DNA of 64,000 nt from Mustelus asterias (lineage: Eukaryota), in contig NW_027590213.1 in NCBI RefSeq assembly GCF_964213995.1, forward strand, positions 496,001 through 560,000, in the 5' to 3' direction. Made by a program: the position numbers and the translations under genes. Positions 1 to 12,517 of this stretch are shown in pieces. Each line of letters opens with the position of its first letter. Within the stretch, counting starts at the first letter, position 1. The notes under the pieces were generated by a model. It was given only the letters and a program-made list of their open reading frames with translations, was not told the DNA's origin and ran no database searches.

Positions 1-904
1 GTGTTGCTTGTTTCCTCTGTTTCTCAGCTTTTATCTTTGACAACCTCATCTTTCTGGTTTTAAAATCTCTCTCAATTTTTCTCTCAGTCTTTCCGTCTCT
101 CTCTTCCTCTGTATCTTTCGCAGGCTCTGTGTGTTCCTATTTAATCGAGATGTTCAAAATCATGAAGGGTTTCTGATTGATTATAGAAGGAAAATCAGGG
201 AGAAAAGCAGAAAACCTCGGCAGGTCCGGCGGCATCTGTTCAGAGAGAAACAGTTAACATTTTGAGCCCATATGATTCTTCAGTTCAGGAAAAACGTGGG
301 TTTTTAGATCAGGGAATATGATGGGGAGATTTAATAGAGATGTTTAAAATGACAAATGATTTATGATAGTGTCAATGGAGGGGAACGGTTTCCCAGGAGC
401 AGGAGGATCTGTCAATGGAGAGAATCTATTTCCCAGGAGCAGGAGGGTCTGTAAGCAGAGGACAAAGAGATTTAACATAATTGACAGCCTAACTTTAGGG
501 CATGATAAGGAGATTGTTTTACACAATGATTTGATGTGATCTGGAATGCACAAACTGACAGGTGCTAGAAGCAGGTTTAATAGTAACTTTCAAAGGGAAT
601 GGGATAAATACTTGCAGAAGGTAAATTGGCAGAGTTATGATGAATGGGATTAATTGGACAGTTCACTCGTCTTTGTGACATTCTGAATATTTCTATTTGA
701 CTTTATGTGGAATTTGCACATTCTCTCCATGTCCACATGGAGAAGCAACGGGTTTTTATGACAATCCAGCAGCTTCATGGTGACTATTTCCTCCTGCTGG
801 CCCCAGAAATTACCAGATTCATTCAGCTCAATTTGACAACCTGCCTTTGTGTTGTTGTGGGTTCTCTCTCACTCCCTTTTTTCTGTTTTAAATCAATTTC
901 ACAG

Positions 905-1962
905 GGTTTTAGAAGGGGAGGATTTGCGGTCTGGTCTCAAACAAAACATCACATCAGGATCTGACGGAGTCACCCTTAATATCATAGCCTGAATATCACT
1001 GGACTTTGAACATGGAAGGAGAAAGCATTCGTCACAGTGGGGAGAAACCATACACGTGTTCTGTGTGTGGACGAGGCTTCAACCAATCATCTGATCTGTC
1101 AAAGCACGAATGCAGTCACAGCGGGGGGATGACTTGGAAATGTGAGGAATGTGCAGCAGTATTCAGCTCCTCAGCTGAGCTGGAAACTCACCAGTGTGCT
1201 CACACTGGGGAAAGACCAATCAGCTGCTCTGAGTGTGGGAAAGGATTCAGTCACTTATCCCAGCTAATGATACACCAGCGAGTTCACACTGGGGAGAGAC
1301 CATTCACCTGTTGAGTGTGGGAAGAAATTCACTCAGTCATCCAACTTACGGACACACCAGCGAGTTCACTCAGGGGAGAAACCATTTACCTGCTCCAGAT
1401 GTGGAAAGAAATTCCCTCATTTGTCTCATCTGCTGGCTCACCAGCAAGTTCACACTGACCAGAAACCTTTTAAATGTTCAGACTGCGGGAAATGTTTTAA
1501 AAGTTCCAGGGAACTGTTGTCCCATCAATGTGTTCACACTGATGAGAAACATTCAAGTGCTCTCACTGTGGGACTGGGTTCAGACATTCATCTCATCTCA
1601 CTGTACACCAGCGGGTTCACACTGGGGAGAGGCCGTTCACCTGCTCTGACTGTGGGAAGGGATTCACTCAGTTATCCAACCTGCTGACACACCAGCGAGG
1701 CCACACTGAAGAGAAACCGTTTACCTGTTCCCAATGTGGGAAGGGATTCACTCGATCATCTGACCTCCTGACACATCAGCTTGTTCACACTGGGGAGAGA
1801 CCGTTCACATGCTCCAAGTGTGGAAAGGGATTCACTACCTCATCGCACTTGCTGAGACACCAGCGAATTCACTCTGGCGAGAGGTGGTTCATCTGCTCCG
1901 AGTGTGGGAAGGGATTCACTCAGTCATCTGTCCTGCTGACCCACCAGCGAATTCATGAGTAA
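905..1962 (+). pseudogene. C2H2 zinc-finger array exon with frameshifts (about 10-11 finger positions)
   Basis: Polypyrimidine/CAG acceptor ending at 904, then leader and [16 protein letters not shown]. Fingers with TGE[RK]PF linkers are split over ORFs 1006-1314 and 1421-1687 and a third segment ending HQRIHE-TAA at 1960-1962. Confidence 0.85.
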
Positions 1963-2351
1963 CTACAATGATTAGATTTTGTGGTTAATCAAGTCAGGAA
2001 TGAACATTGCTGATCAGGGTCTATTTCTGCTGATGTTAATAAACTCCAGCCTACTTATAGATGTTAATATTCTAGATAAAAGTCAAATAAATCAGCTTTG
2101 TGTAAAATACCAATGTCTGAATCGTTTAACATCACAAACACAAGTTAGTTCCTTTTCAAAGGCTCCCTCAAGCTCGCTGCCCTCTCCAACACTCTCTCCT
2201 GGTTAAGGGTGATTGTTAAAATCTGCCTCTCCAATCAAGGTTTTGTCCATTTATCCGAATATTGTCCCATGTGACTCCGTGTCAGTTCTTTCTTTCTCAA
2301 ACTCCTCTGAAGCATAGTGGAATGTTTTGTTACATTAAACATGTTCTATAA

Positions 2352-2850
2352 AGACATAAGAACTAGGAGCAGGTGTAGGCCATCTGGCCCCTCGAGCCTG
2401 CTCCGCCATTCAATAAGATCATTGATCTTTTTGTGGACTCCGCTCCACTTACCCGCCCACTGACCATAACCCTTAATTCATTTACTGTTCAAACTTATCT
2501 ATCTGGCCTTAAAATCATTCAATGAGGTAGCCTCAACTGCTTCAGTTATTTTGAGGCCATGACCCCTAGTTCTAGTTTCACCTGCCAATGGAAACAACCT
2601 CCTTATTTCTATCTTATCCATTCCATTCATAATCTTATATGTTTCTATAAGATCTCCCCTCATTCTTCTGAATTCCAATGAGTATAGTCCTAGTCTACTT
2701 AGTCTTTCCCCATAAGCCAACCCTCTCAATTCCAGAATCAACCTCATGAATTTCCTCTGCACCCCCTCCAGTGTCAGGATATCCTTTCTCAAATAAGGAG
2801 ACCAAAACTGTACATAGTACTCCAGGTGTGGCCTCACCAACACCTTATAC
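2352..2850 (-). mobile_element. CR1-clade LINE 3' fragment
   Basis: ORF 2499-2897 contains VRPHLEYYVQFWSPY...LYSLEFRRMRGDLIETYKIM, typical of the CR1 ORF2 C-terminus, plus a CR1-like 3' tail near 2352. Confidence 0.85.
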
Positions 2851-3334
2851 ACGTTGTTACTGTTTCTCAAGTCAGTTTGTACACAGTAAGATTCCACGAA
2901 CAGCAGTCAGACCGATTAACCCATGGTGGTGTTATTTAAGACAGGAATGTTGATCCCGCTGCAGCAGGAGAACTCCCCTGTGGACAGTATGTGGAGTTGT
3001 TGAGCTCTCCTGAGCTGAGAGCTGATCGAGCTGTCAGGCCTGCAGTGGACCTTGAAGAACCGCTGTCTGGGATCTTTCCTCTCAATTCACTGATTCAAAT
3101 GTTTTTGGCCAACCAAATAAACTAACTTAAATTTCAATTCACTCACTCCCAGCTTAAGTTGTTCCTGATCAGTCACGTAATTAACTTTGAACATCAATCC
3201 CTATTTAACCTTTGGAGCAAAATCTACAAAATCAAAATCAGCTGTAAAAGAGAAAGAAAGTTCTTGTGTTCATTCAGAAACATTCACCCCCTCAGAGCAT
3301 CCCAGAGTGATTCACAGTGAATGATAGATTTTGG

Positions 3335-3960
3335 AAGGAAGGATGAGGAGAGGCAGAATAACCTAAATGGGACAATTTTAAACAGAGTGCAGGAATGCAG
3401 TGACTTGGGAATGGATGTACACAAATGCTTTACTGTGACAGGACAAGTTGATCAAGCTGTTTAACTATAAAACTAATAGGTCCTCCGTTTATTAATGGAG
3501 ACATGGAGCACAAAAGCAAGACAATTATAGTAAATCTTTATAAATCACTGATTAATCCCCAGCTGAAATATTGTGTTCAATGCTGAGCACCGCACTTTGG
3601 GAAAGATGTCAAGGTCTTGGAGAGGGGGCAGGGAAAATTTCCCAGAATAGTATCAGGGATGAGAGGTTTTAGTTCTGTGGAGAGACTGCAGCAGCTGGGA
3701 TTGTTCTTATTCAAGCTGAGAAGGTTAAGGAATGATTTAATAGAGGTGTGGATTTAAAAAAAACATTTTCCATCTCCATCGGGAGAAATTGTTTCCATTG
3801 TGGGGATGGTTGGTAACCACAGAACCCGGATTTAAAATAATTAGCAAAATATCCAGGATGGAGATGAGAGATTATTTTACTCAGTGAATTATGACGATCT
3901 GGAACACATTGTCTGAATGACTGGTGGAGATCCAACAGTAACTTTCAGAAGTGATTTAGA
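3335..3960 (+). mobile_element. Degenerate CR1 LINE ORF2 fragment
   Basis: Decayed PQLKYCVQCWAPHFGKDVKVLER-like sequence around 3555-3630. Confidence 0.7.
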
Positions 3961-4299
3961 CTGATCGCTCTGCTTGTGAGTCTTTGGCACATTCACAAAC
4001 CTACTCAGTAGCCATGGCAACAGACACTCGATTTCAGCAACTTGTGTGGAATTTCCATTTTAAAGTGTCATCATTCATTGTACATTAGGCCACATCTATA
4101 AACCTGTTTCTCACACCTCCAATGAAGAGGGACAAATGTGGATGGATGGATCACTTTGAGAAGTTCTTTGCTGTCTGATGTGATTTACCCTCTCAAAGGC
4201 CCATTTATAAACCTTATTTTTGGGGTCTTACATCAATCACTTATTCAATTGTCCATTAGTCAAGCACAGATAATCAAGGTAATCCCTCCTATTCCCATC

Positions 4300-5662
4300 G
4301 AATATTCATGAAGTCATTTTGTGGCTCATTGCTTGCTCGGACATCCGGCTTAATCGTTACTCAGACAGTTGGTTTCCACGTGGGTCATGACAACCCCCCA
4401 AGCCGATCAAGTTTGTCTTGTTTCAGGTTCTGTGCTACAGAAGTGTCTTTGGCAGAGACAACAGGTCCACACTGTCCTGTGTTTATCAACCCAGAAAGCT
4501 TTCCTGATAAGAAAAGGAGTGAGAGAGAGACCCCCATAATAGTCAATACATTTCCAAAGATTTATATAAGGTTATTGGTGATTTCTTAAAGATGTCCCCA
4601 CCAAGAGAGGGATTATCTTTATTGACATCTCAACTGATTTCAGACTAACCTCACCATTTTAAGCTGTTTCCAAGCTTGCTTTCCTAATTTCTGAATGACA
4701 TTCCCTGGATAACAGACTGAAGCTACTCGAATGATCAGAATCAGCCACACAAATCCATAAGCTGCCATCGAGAGTAAATGTCAAAACTTTTCCAGTAAGT
4801 GTGATAACTGTTGACTTAGATTCATCCTCCCCACCTGCAGATCATCTTTCACAATTCTAAATTATTGACATGCTGTAAATACATCTGGTTCAAACATAAG
4901 TTCATGCACGAACTTTAAAGATTCTCCAGGTCTCTGTTCACTTGCATCCACCTTGTGGATATTTTCTAACTGATTCTGGACCTCATCAATTTGTCCTTTC
5001 TGAACCGGTTTAGAAATCTTATTGAGGATATACTCGTAATCCGTGTCACCCTCTTCTCCAATCCACAGGATATCTCTCACCCCCGGTCTGTTTTCTCTGT
5101 TAGACTATCTATCAGTCATTCCCTGTAATGAGGCAGTGCCATTGTATAGTCCTGGCTTCACTTAGGAACTTCTCCATTCATGTTTAACGAAAACTGATCC
5201 CACTCCGAACACCACTTGTAAGATTTAGCTTCACAAATCACAGATTACCCAAAAAGGGTGTTGAGCTCAGAAGTGACTTAAAGTATTTCATTGAGGAACA
5301 ACAGTTTAAGTGTGATGCAGAAGCTAAATAAACAGGAAAAACCCACAAACTGACAGGTGAGAATGGTTTACCAGTCCCAGAGGACAAACAGGATGATACA
5401 GAGTGAGTGCTGGTCTCTGTAGCTGGTGGCTGCAGTCTCCTCTGAATGGTTAACTGTTGTGAGCCAGAGTGTGGGTATTGGGCTGAAGTCAGTACGGATC
5501 ACTTCAAAATTTCTTCACTCTCGAGAGCCTGTTTTAACCTTCACGCAGACAGTTAGATTACATGAGGGTCATGAGATTGAAGGCCTGTGCTGCAAACAGA
5601 GTTAACAGGTCTGTCCTGTGTTTGTCAGCCAGTAACCTGCTGTGGAAGCTTTCTTCATAACA
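4300..5662 (-). mobile_element. Probable Gypsy-type LTR retrotransposon remnant (LTR about 5217-5662, PBS 5197-5214, decayed gag-like sequence)
   Basis: On the minus strand a TGTTA...TACA-bounded segment is followed after 2 nt by TGGTGTTCGGAGTGGGAT (15/18 to a tRNA-Leu PBS, TGGTGTCAGAAGTGGGAT). Downstream ORF 4862-5080 has a gag-like QRPGESLKFVHEL. Confidence 0.45.
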
Positions 5663-6571
5663 CAGTGAGCTACTTCTATAATAATCCAGAAATTTCTTCA
5701 GATTTTATAGGGTTATCGGACAGAGATTTTTTTTTACAGCCTAGTACTTGGAGTGGAACTTGTGTGCACTCCCGAGCTGAGGGGAATACTTTTTTGATTT
5801 GATTTGATTTATTGTCACATGTATTAGTATACAGTGAAAAGTATTGTTTCTTGTGCGCTATACAGACAAGCATACTGTTCATAAAGAAGGAAACGAGAGT
5901 GCAGAATGTAGTGTTACAATCACGGCCAGTCATAGCTAGGGTGCAGAGAAGGATCAACTTAATGTGAGGTAGGTGCATTCAAAAGTCTGATGGCAGCAGG
6001 GAAGAAGCTGTTCTTGAGTCAGTTATGTGTGACCTCAAACTTTTGTATCTTTTTCCCCGAGGAAAGAAGGTGGAAGAAAGTATGTCTGGAGTGCATGGTG
6101 TCCTTATTTATGCTGGCTGCTTTGCCCAGGCAGCGGGAAGTGTAGACAGAGTCAATGGATGGGAGGCTGGTTTGCGTGATGGATTGGGCTACATTCACGA
6201 CCTTTTGTAGTTTCTTGCGTCTTGGGCAGAGCAGGAGCCATACCAAGCTGTGATACAACCAGAAAGAATGCTTTCTTTGGTGCATCCGTAAAAGTTGGTG
6301 AGAGTCGTAGTTGACATGCCAAATTTCCTTCGTCTTCTGAGAAAGTAGAGGCACTGGTGGGCTTTCTTAACTATAGTGTCGGTGTGAGGGGACCAGGACA
6401 GGTTGTTGGTGATCTGGATACCTAAAAATTTGAAGCACTCGACCCTTACTACTTCGTCTCTGTTGATGTAGACAGGATGTGGAGATGCCGGCGTTGGACT
6501 GGGGTAAACACAGTAAGAAGTTTAACAACACCAGGTTAAAGTCCAACAGGTTTATTTGGTAGCAAAAGCCA

Positions 6572-6608
6572 CACAAGCTTTCGAGGCTCTGAGCCCCTTC
6601 TTCAGGTG
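6572..6608 (-). ncRNA. Minimal type I hammerhead ribozyme motif in Penelope pLTR
   Basis: Reverse complement of the motif at 7215-7251. Confidence 0.7.
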
Positions 6609-7214
6609 AGTGGGAATTCTGTTCACAAACAGAACTTATAAAGACACAGACTCAATTTACATGAATAATGGTTGGAATGCGAATACTTACAACTAATCCA
6701 GTCTTTAAGAAACAAAACAATGGGAGTGGAGAGAGCATCAAGACAGGCTAAAAAGATGTGTATTGTCTCCAGACAAGACAGCCAGTGAAACTCTGCAGGT
6801 CCACGCAACTGTGGGAGTTACAAATAGTGTGACATAAACCCAATATCCCGGTTGAGGCCGTCCTTGTGTGTGCGGAACTTGGCTATCAGTTTCTGCTCAG
6901 CGACTCTGCGCTGTCGTGTGTTGCGAAGGCCGCCTTGGAGAACGCTTACCCGAATATCAGAGGCCGAATGCCCGTGACTGCTGAAGTGCTCCCCAACAGG
7001 AAGAGAACAGTCTTGCCTGGTGACCTGCAGAGTTTCACTGGCTGTCTTGTCTGGAGACAATACACATCTTTTTAGCCTGTCTTGATGCTCTCTCCACTCC
7101 CATTGTTTTGTTTCTTAAAGACTGGATTAGTTGTAAGTATTCGCATTCCAACCATTATTCATGTAAATTGAGTCTGTGTCTTTATAAGTTCTGTTTGTGA
7201 ACAGAATTCCCACT

Positions 7215-7251
7215 CACCTGAAGAAGGGGCTCAGAGCCTCGAAAGCTTGTG
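7215..7251 (+). ncRNA. Minimal type I hammerhead ribozyme motif in Penelope pLTR
   Basis: CAC-CUGAAGA-A-GGGGCU(CAG)AGCCUC-GAAA-GC-UU-GUG: core CUGANGA/GAAA, paired helix II, palindromic AGCU helix III, CAC/GUG helix I. Confidence 0.7.
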
Positions 7252-7382
7252 TGGCTTTTGCTACCAAATAAACCTGTTGGACTTTAACCTGGTGTTGTTA
7301 AACTTCTTACGATGTAGACAGGGGCATGTTCTCCTTTACGCTTCCTGAAGTCGATGACAATCTCCTTCGTTTTGTTGACATT

Positions 7383-7576
7383 AGAACATAGAACATAGAA
7401 CAGTATAGCACAGAACAGGCCCTTCAGACCTCAATGTTGTGCCGAGCTTTATCTGAAACCAAGATCAAGCTTTCCCACTCCCTATCATCCTGGTGTGCTC
7501 CATGTGCCTATCCAACAACCGCTTAAATGTTCCGAAAGTGGCTGACTCCACTATCACTGCAGGCAGTCCATTCCAC
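7383..7576 (-). mobile_element. Short CR1/HER1-like 3' end inserted in the Rex1-like element
   Basis: (AGAACAT)n tail, same sequence as 42732-42925, flanked by ACATT at 7378-7382 and 7577-7581. Confidence 0.85.
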
Positions 7577-8119
7577 ACATTGAGGGAGAGATTATTGTTG
7601 CCGCACCAGTTTACCAGATTCTCTATCTCATTCCTGTACTCTGTCCCGTCAGTGTTTGAGATCCGACCCACTATGGTGGTGTCATAAGCAAACTTGAAAA
7701 TCGAAATTCTGTACCCACAGGAGGGGTAAGATTTGGGAACTCACGATTCTCCATCAATTCTCATTCCCCTTCTTTCTGGTGGATAATGGAGGTGTCACTG
7801 TGTGTAATGTGCAGGTCAGTAAGAATTCTCAGCAAGGATTAATCAGCACTTTCTAATTGGAAATGTTCATCAGGAGAACCTCTCAGGCACTGAATTGTAG
7901 AGTTTGTACCAAAGATCAATTTAGGATTGAAGTAAAAGTTCAGAATCTTGTTGTAAACTAATTTCTGATGAGAGTTGCTGAGTTATGGGGAAAGATCAGA
8001 GGCAGCGGTTCTTAAAGGGAAGCTGCAGCCCTGAGAACACAATCAGCTCTAGATCTAGAATTTTAAACTTCAGCCCAGTTACAGGGATTATTAACATCAA
8101 CGAAACAAAATCCAAACCA

Positions 8120-8412
8120 GATAAAACTAGAACCAGAGGGCACAACCTCAGGCTAAAGGGACAATCCTTTAAAACAGAGATGAGGAGGAATTTCTTCAGC
8201 CAGGAAATGGTGAATCTGTGGAACTCTTTGCCACAGACGGCTGTGGAGGCCAGTCATTGAGTGTCTTTAAGACAGAGATAGATCAGGGATCAGGGGTTAT
8301 GGGGAAAAGGCAGGAGAATGGGATGAGAAAAAAAATCAGCCATGATTGAATGGCGGAGCAGACTCGATGGGCCGAGTGGCCTAATTCTGCTCCTATGTCT
8401 TATGGTCTTATG
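8120..8412 (+). mobile_element. CR1 LINE 3' fragment
   Basis: TRTRGHNLRLKGQSFKTEMRRNFFSQEMVNLWNSLP plus a GACTCGATGGGCCGA...(TCTTATG) tail. Confidence 0.85.
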
Positions 8413-8459
8413 AACTGTCAGTATTGAACTGCACTAACAGCAGAATCCAATCCCTGCAG

Positions 8460-9218
8460 TTAATTGTGAACTCGTTGGTGCCTCAGCAGGCTGCCAGACT
8501 GAGTGAATCCCTTCCCACACTCGGAGCAGGTGAATGGCCTCTCCCTTGTGTGAACATGCTGGTGTCTCCTCAGGTGCGATGAAGAAGTGAATTTGTTCCC
8601 ACACTCAGAGCAGGTGAATGGTCTCTCTCCAGTGTGTGTTCGCTGGTGTGTCTGCAGGTGAGATAACTGAGCAAATTTATTCCCACACTCAGAGCAGATG
8701 AATGGCTTCTCCCCAGTGTGAACTCGCTGGTGTACACTGAGCTGGGCTGAAGACCTGAATCTCTTTCCACAGGAAGTGCAGCTGAACAGCTTTTCCTCAG
8801 TGTGAATTCGCTGGTGACTTAGCAAATCAGAGGGCCCAGTGAATCCTTTCCCACATACAGGGCAGGTGAATGGTCTCTCCCCAATGTGAACTTGCTGGTG
8901 TTTCAGCAGATTGGATGACTGAATGAATCCTTTCCCACACTCAGAGCAGGTGAACTGTGTCTCTCCAGTGTGAACTCGCTGGTGTCTCCGCAGGTCAGAT
9001 AACTGAGTGAATCCCTTTCCACACTCCAAGCAGATGAATGGCCTCTCCCCAGTGTGAAACCGCTGGTGTGTTAGCAATTGGGATGACTGAGTGAATCCTT
9101 TCCCACACTCTGAGCAGATGAACGGCCTCTCCCCAGTGTGACTGCGCTGATGAATTTCCAGCAGGGATGGAGAATTGAATCCTTTCCCACACTCCCCACA
9201 TTTCCACGGTTTCTCCAT
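8460..9218 (-). CDS. KRAB-less C2H2 zinc-finger protein, 9 fingers, intact ORF
   Basis: 252-aa ORF MEKPWKC..., 9 canonical CxxC-12-HxxxH units, CACCATGG start. Exon acceptor at 9585-9586; candidate upstream donor at 11475. Confidence 0.85.
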   Translation of the reverse strand: MEKPWKCGECGKGFNSPSLLEIHQRSHTGERPFICSECGKGFTQSSQLLTHQRFHTGERPFICLECGKGFTQLSDLRRHQRVHTGETQFTCSECGKGFIQSSNLLKHQQVHIGERPFTCPVCGKGFTGPSDLLSHQRIHTEEKLFSCTSCGKRFRSSAQLSVHQRVHTGEKPFICSECGNKFAQLSHLQTHQRTHTGERPFTCSECGNKFTSSSHLRRHQHVHTRERPFTCSECGKGFTQSGSLLRHQRVHN

Positions 9219-9699
9219 GGTGTTGGTGTCCTTGTGTCCCTCCGGGTTGGATGATCAGTTGAAGCCTCATTCACACACAGAACACGTGGACAATTTCTCG
9301 TCACTGTGAACTGTGTGATGTTTTTTCAGGCTGTGTAACTGGTTCAAGCTCTTTCCACAGTCAGTTCACTGGAACACTCTCTCTCGGGTGTGTGTGTGTC
9401 TCGGTGCTTTTCCAGTCACACTGATATTTCAAACCTTTTCCCACGGGCAGAACAGACAATCATTTCTCCTTCCACATTCGAAGACTGACGATATTCAAAT
9501 CCTGATTAATCGAGTGACTCTGTCGGCTCTTTACGTGATACTTGGTTTGAGTTTCTCGTCTGCAAATCCTCCCGTTCTAATTCTCTGCAAAAAGAGTTTA
9601 CAAAGTCATCACCGGAAGAACAGGAAATACTAGTTCCTATGGAACACTTTGATCTCTTGATCCCCAAAGTTGCAAATTCCTGTCCCACTCATGTCTTTA

Positions 9700-9935
9700 G
9701 TTTAAAATTCTCCTCTTTGTGTTCAAATCTCTCCAGGGCTTCATCCCTCCCTATCTCTATATTATCCTCCAGCCCCGCAACCCGCTGAGATATCTGTGCT
9801 GCTCTCATTCTGGCCTCTTGTACATTCACTATTTAATTGCTCCACCATTTGAGACCATGCCTTCAGTCTCTCATCCCCAAACTCTGAAACCCTCCCCCTT
9901 CACCTCTCCCTCTAGCTGCTATATTTTTGTCCTTT
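9700..9935 (+). mobile_element. L2-like LINE 3' fragment
   Basis: FKILLFVFKSLQGFIPPYL..LQPRNPLRYL resembles the L2 ORF2 C-terminus. Confidence 0.55.
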
Positions 9936-9945
9936 AAGGCACTGG

Positions 9946-10340
9946 AGTATTGCTAAAAACCTTTTGTATCTTATACTCATCCGGACAGACACAAAAATAC
10001 CAAATTGTAAAGATTATCAGTTGGACTTGTGAAGTGTTTTACTTACACTTGCGAGAAGCTATATATAGTCAAACACAGGGAGCTGTCCTCTGCATGTAGA
10101 AGGAACATGTCCAAGCAATGGGCCTTTTCTGAAACTAAACAAAGGGAGGAGTGATAGTTCCCTGGTGCATTCTCCATGGCAACATCCTAACCAATCAGAA
10201 CTGACTGTCGAACCAGTCAATACATGTTCCTCATGCAGCAGCAATTGTTGTTTGCTTTGAAAAATGGTATTTCTGCATCTGTCTGGATGAGTGCAAGATG
10301 AAAAGCTTCAAAAACACATCTCTTTCAATCAGCAATACTT
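9946..10340. mobile_element. Old Penelope-like remnant with short diverged inverted arms
   Basis: 9946-10002 is an approximate reverse complement of 10265-10340; degenerate hammerhead-like CTGGATGAGTGCAAGATGAAAAGCTT near 10283-10308. Confidence 0.45.
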
Positions 10341-10454
10341 AAATTCCATACTACTGAGCGACCATGGGTTTACAATTCCATTGTTGCTGATCTGAAAGTC
10401 CCAGTGAACGCACATTTTATGAATGGCTCATTGCCACCTATAAAGATCATGCAT

Positions 10455-11270
10455 AAAAACAGAAAATGCTGGATAAACTCAGCAAGAATGGGAGCAATTG
10501 TGGAGAGAAACAAAGTTAATGTCTGAGTCCATGTGACCCTTCTACAGAACATAAAAAAGATATAAATGATAAACTTGAAGAGGGGTGGGGCAGAATGGAA
10601 AGCTAGTGATCGGTCAGAGTTAAGGAGAGATTGATAATGATGTCAGGGGCTTGAGAAAAAAGAGGGTGTTAATGGAATCATTAGGGATTGAAGAATGTTG
10701 ACTGTGGCAAAGGTTAGATACGGAATGTGTTAATGGAAGATCAGAGGTCAGTACTCAGTGGGAGCAAAACTGAACAACAAGGGACAGTGGCCATGCAGGG
10801 CAGTTGTGTTGGGATAAGCCAAGAGGAACTGAATAGCAGAAAACAAAAAAGGAGAGTGAAGATGGAAGGGAAAGTTCACATTCTAAAGATGTTGAATGCA
10901 ATGTTGAGTCCAGAAGACTGTAACTTGCCCAGTTGGAAGATGAGGTGTTTTTCATTCAGTTTGCATTGTGTATCACTGAATCATTGCAGCAGACCAAGGG
11001 TGGGCATGAGAGCAAGATGCTGAGTTGAAATGGTAAGTGACCGGAAGGTTGGGGTCAAGCTTGGGGCTGGAGTGAAAGATGTTTCCACAAAGCAGTCACC
11101 CAGTGTATGTTTAATATCCCCAATGTAGAGGAGACCACAAAGGGAGCAGTGAATATAATTCACCAAGTTGGAGGAAGTATAAGTGAAATGCTGCATCACC
11201 TGAAAGGAGTATTTCTCCTTGGGCAATGAGCAGGTAAAGAGGCAGATGTTGTACATTCTGCGATTGCATG
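10455..11270 (-). mobile_element. Degenerate Penelope-like element (GIY-YIG remnant plus 3' repeat)
   Basis: FTYTSSNLVNYIHCSLCGLLYIGDIKHTLGDCF in ORF 10981-11409; decayed hammerhead-like CTGTAGAAGGGTCACATGGACTCAGAC near 10520-10547. Confidence 0.7.
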
Positions 11271-11274
11271 GAGA

Positions 11275-11790
11275 TTGCGCATGCACTTGAGTGCACATTG
11301 CCCCGCATAAAGATGGCAGCAGCGCATGCGCTTTGGTGCAGATCGCCTCTATAAAGATGGTGGCCGGTATCTGGGGTCTCTCCTGGAGAAAGATCGCCGC
11401 GCCGAGCAAACGCGGGACCGAAAGCTTATTGAGGGTTTAGTGAAGCCGAGGGCTTATGAAGCCTCTCCAACTTACCTGCTGGCTCTATTTATGTTTACGG
11501 ATTTAATTTTGACTCTGGATCCACACTCGCCCTTTGCAAAACTCGCATTTTAAAACCTCTCGCTCGAGCTCTTGCCTTCCGTCTCTACCGACTGCGCATG
11601 TGCCAACACACAATGATTGACACCGATTCCGGACCAATCGGAGGAGGCGATGCTGGAGGTTAGAGTGTGAGCGGCTGATGCTCCGACCAATCGGACTGAA
11701 TGAGGGGCGGGGTCGGGCTGAGAGTGAAACATGCGCAGTGTCGGTGCGGTATCGGGATGAAGGCGATCGGATTCTCAATGCACCGCTGGG
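11275..11790. promoter_or_regulatory. CpG-island bidirectional promoter between divergent ZNF genes
   Basis: CpG-rich; NRF1 GCGCATGCGC 11322-11331; YY1-like AAGATGGTGGCC 11354-11365; CCAAT boxes; GC box near 11704; minus-strand donor CAG|GTAAGT at 11476/11475. Confidence 0.7.
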
Positions 11791-11812
11791 GACACAGAGA
11801 GACTCATCCAAA

Positions 11813-12020
11813 CACTGAACTGGGATCTCAGCCCAGGGAGGAGAGAGAGTGTGTGGGACCGGCATCTGAACAGGGATCTCAGCCCAGGGAGGAGGGAGAG
11901 TGTGTGGGACCGACATCTGAACAGGGATCTCAGCCCAGGGAGGAGGGAGAGTGTGTGGGAGCGGCATCTAAACTGGGACCCCAGCCCAGGGAGGAGGGAA
12001 AGTGTGTGGGACCGACATTT
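11813..12020 (+). repeat. 51-bp minisatellite, 4 copies
   Basis: GGGATCTCAGCCCAGGGAGGAGGGAGAGTGTGTGGGACC.. starts at 11822, 11873, 11924 and 11975. Confidence 0.95.
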
Positions 12021-12301
12021 AAAAGAGAGGAAAAAATGTTCCAGAGAAACTGGAATTGTCTGTTCAGAATTTCTATCCTGGACTGACGATGATTAAATTT
12101 GTAAACTTTTGCAGAATATTGGAAGTGAGGATTTACAGCCAAAAGTTCAAACCAAACATCACGTCAAGATCAAACAGAATGGCTCAATTCATCAGGATCT
12201 GAATATCATCAGATTTTAAATGTGGAAGGAGAAATGTTTGTTCTGATTTGACTTGGGTAGAGATTTGAAGAATTCGTGTGACTGGAAAAGCACCGAGTCT
12301 G

Positions 12302-12314
12302 TCTCTCTCTCTCA

Positions 12315-12351
<37 letters not shown>
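12302..12351 (+). repeat. (TC)n(CA)n microsatellite within decayed upstream zinc fingers
   Basis: Direct reading; it expands the GAGACACACAC motif seen in the paralogues. Confidence 0.95.
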
Positions 12352-12354
<3 letters not shown>

Positions 12355-12517
12355 TGAGAGTGTTCCAGTGAACTGACTGTGGAAAGAGCTTTAACCAGTT
12401 ACACAGTCTGAAAAAAACATCACATCATTCAGTGAGGAGAAACTGTACACGTATTCTGTGTGTGGACGAGATTTCAACTGATCATCCAACCTGGAGAGAC
12501 ACAAGGACCCTGATACC

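Larger units (their letters stand above)
6477..7310 (-). mobile_element. Penelope-like element fragment with 289-bp inverted arms (6513-6801 / 7022-7310)
   Basis: GIY-YIG C-terminal peptide (PVGEHFSSHGHS..RRVAEQKLIAKFRTHKDGLNRD); reverse-complement arms; 12-bp TSD GATGTAGACAGG at 6465-6476 and 7311-7322. Confidence 0.9.
5795..7705 (-). mobile_element. Rex1/Babar-like LINE 3' portion, interrupted by Penelope and CR1 insertions
   Basis: KKLQKVVNVAQSITQTSLPSIDSVYTSRCLGKAASI and GRISNTDGTEYRNEIENLVNWCGNNNLSLNV; (AATCA)n tail near 5795-5812. Confidence 0.75.

Noticed and set aside
11813-12020. CRISPR-like appearance of regular repeats (also the ZNF arrays, 47246-47347, 48196-48436)
   Set aside because: Head-to-tail tandem units without unique spacers, no cas genes, eukaryotic context.
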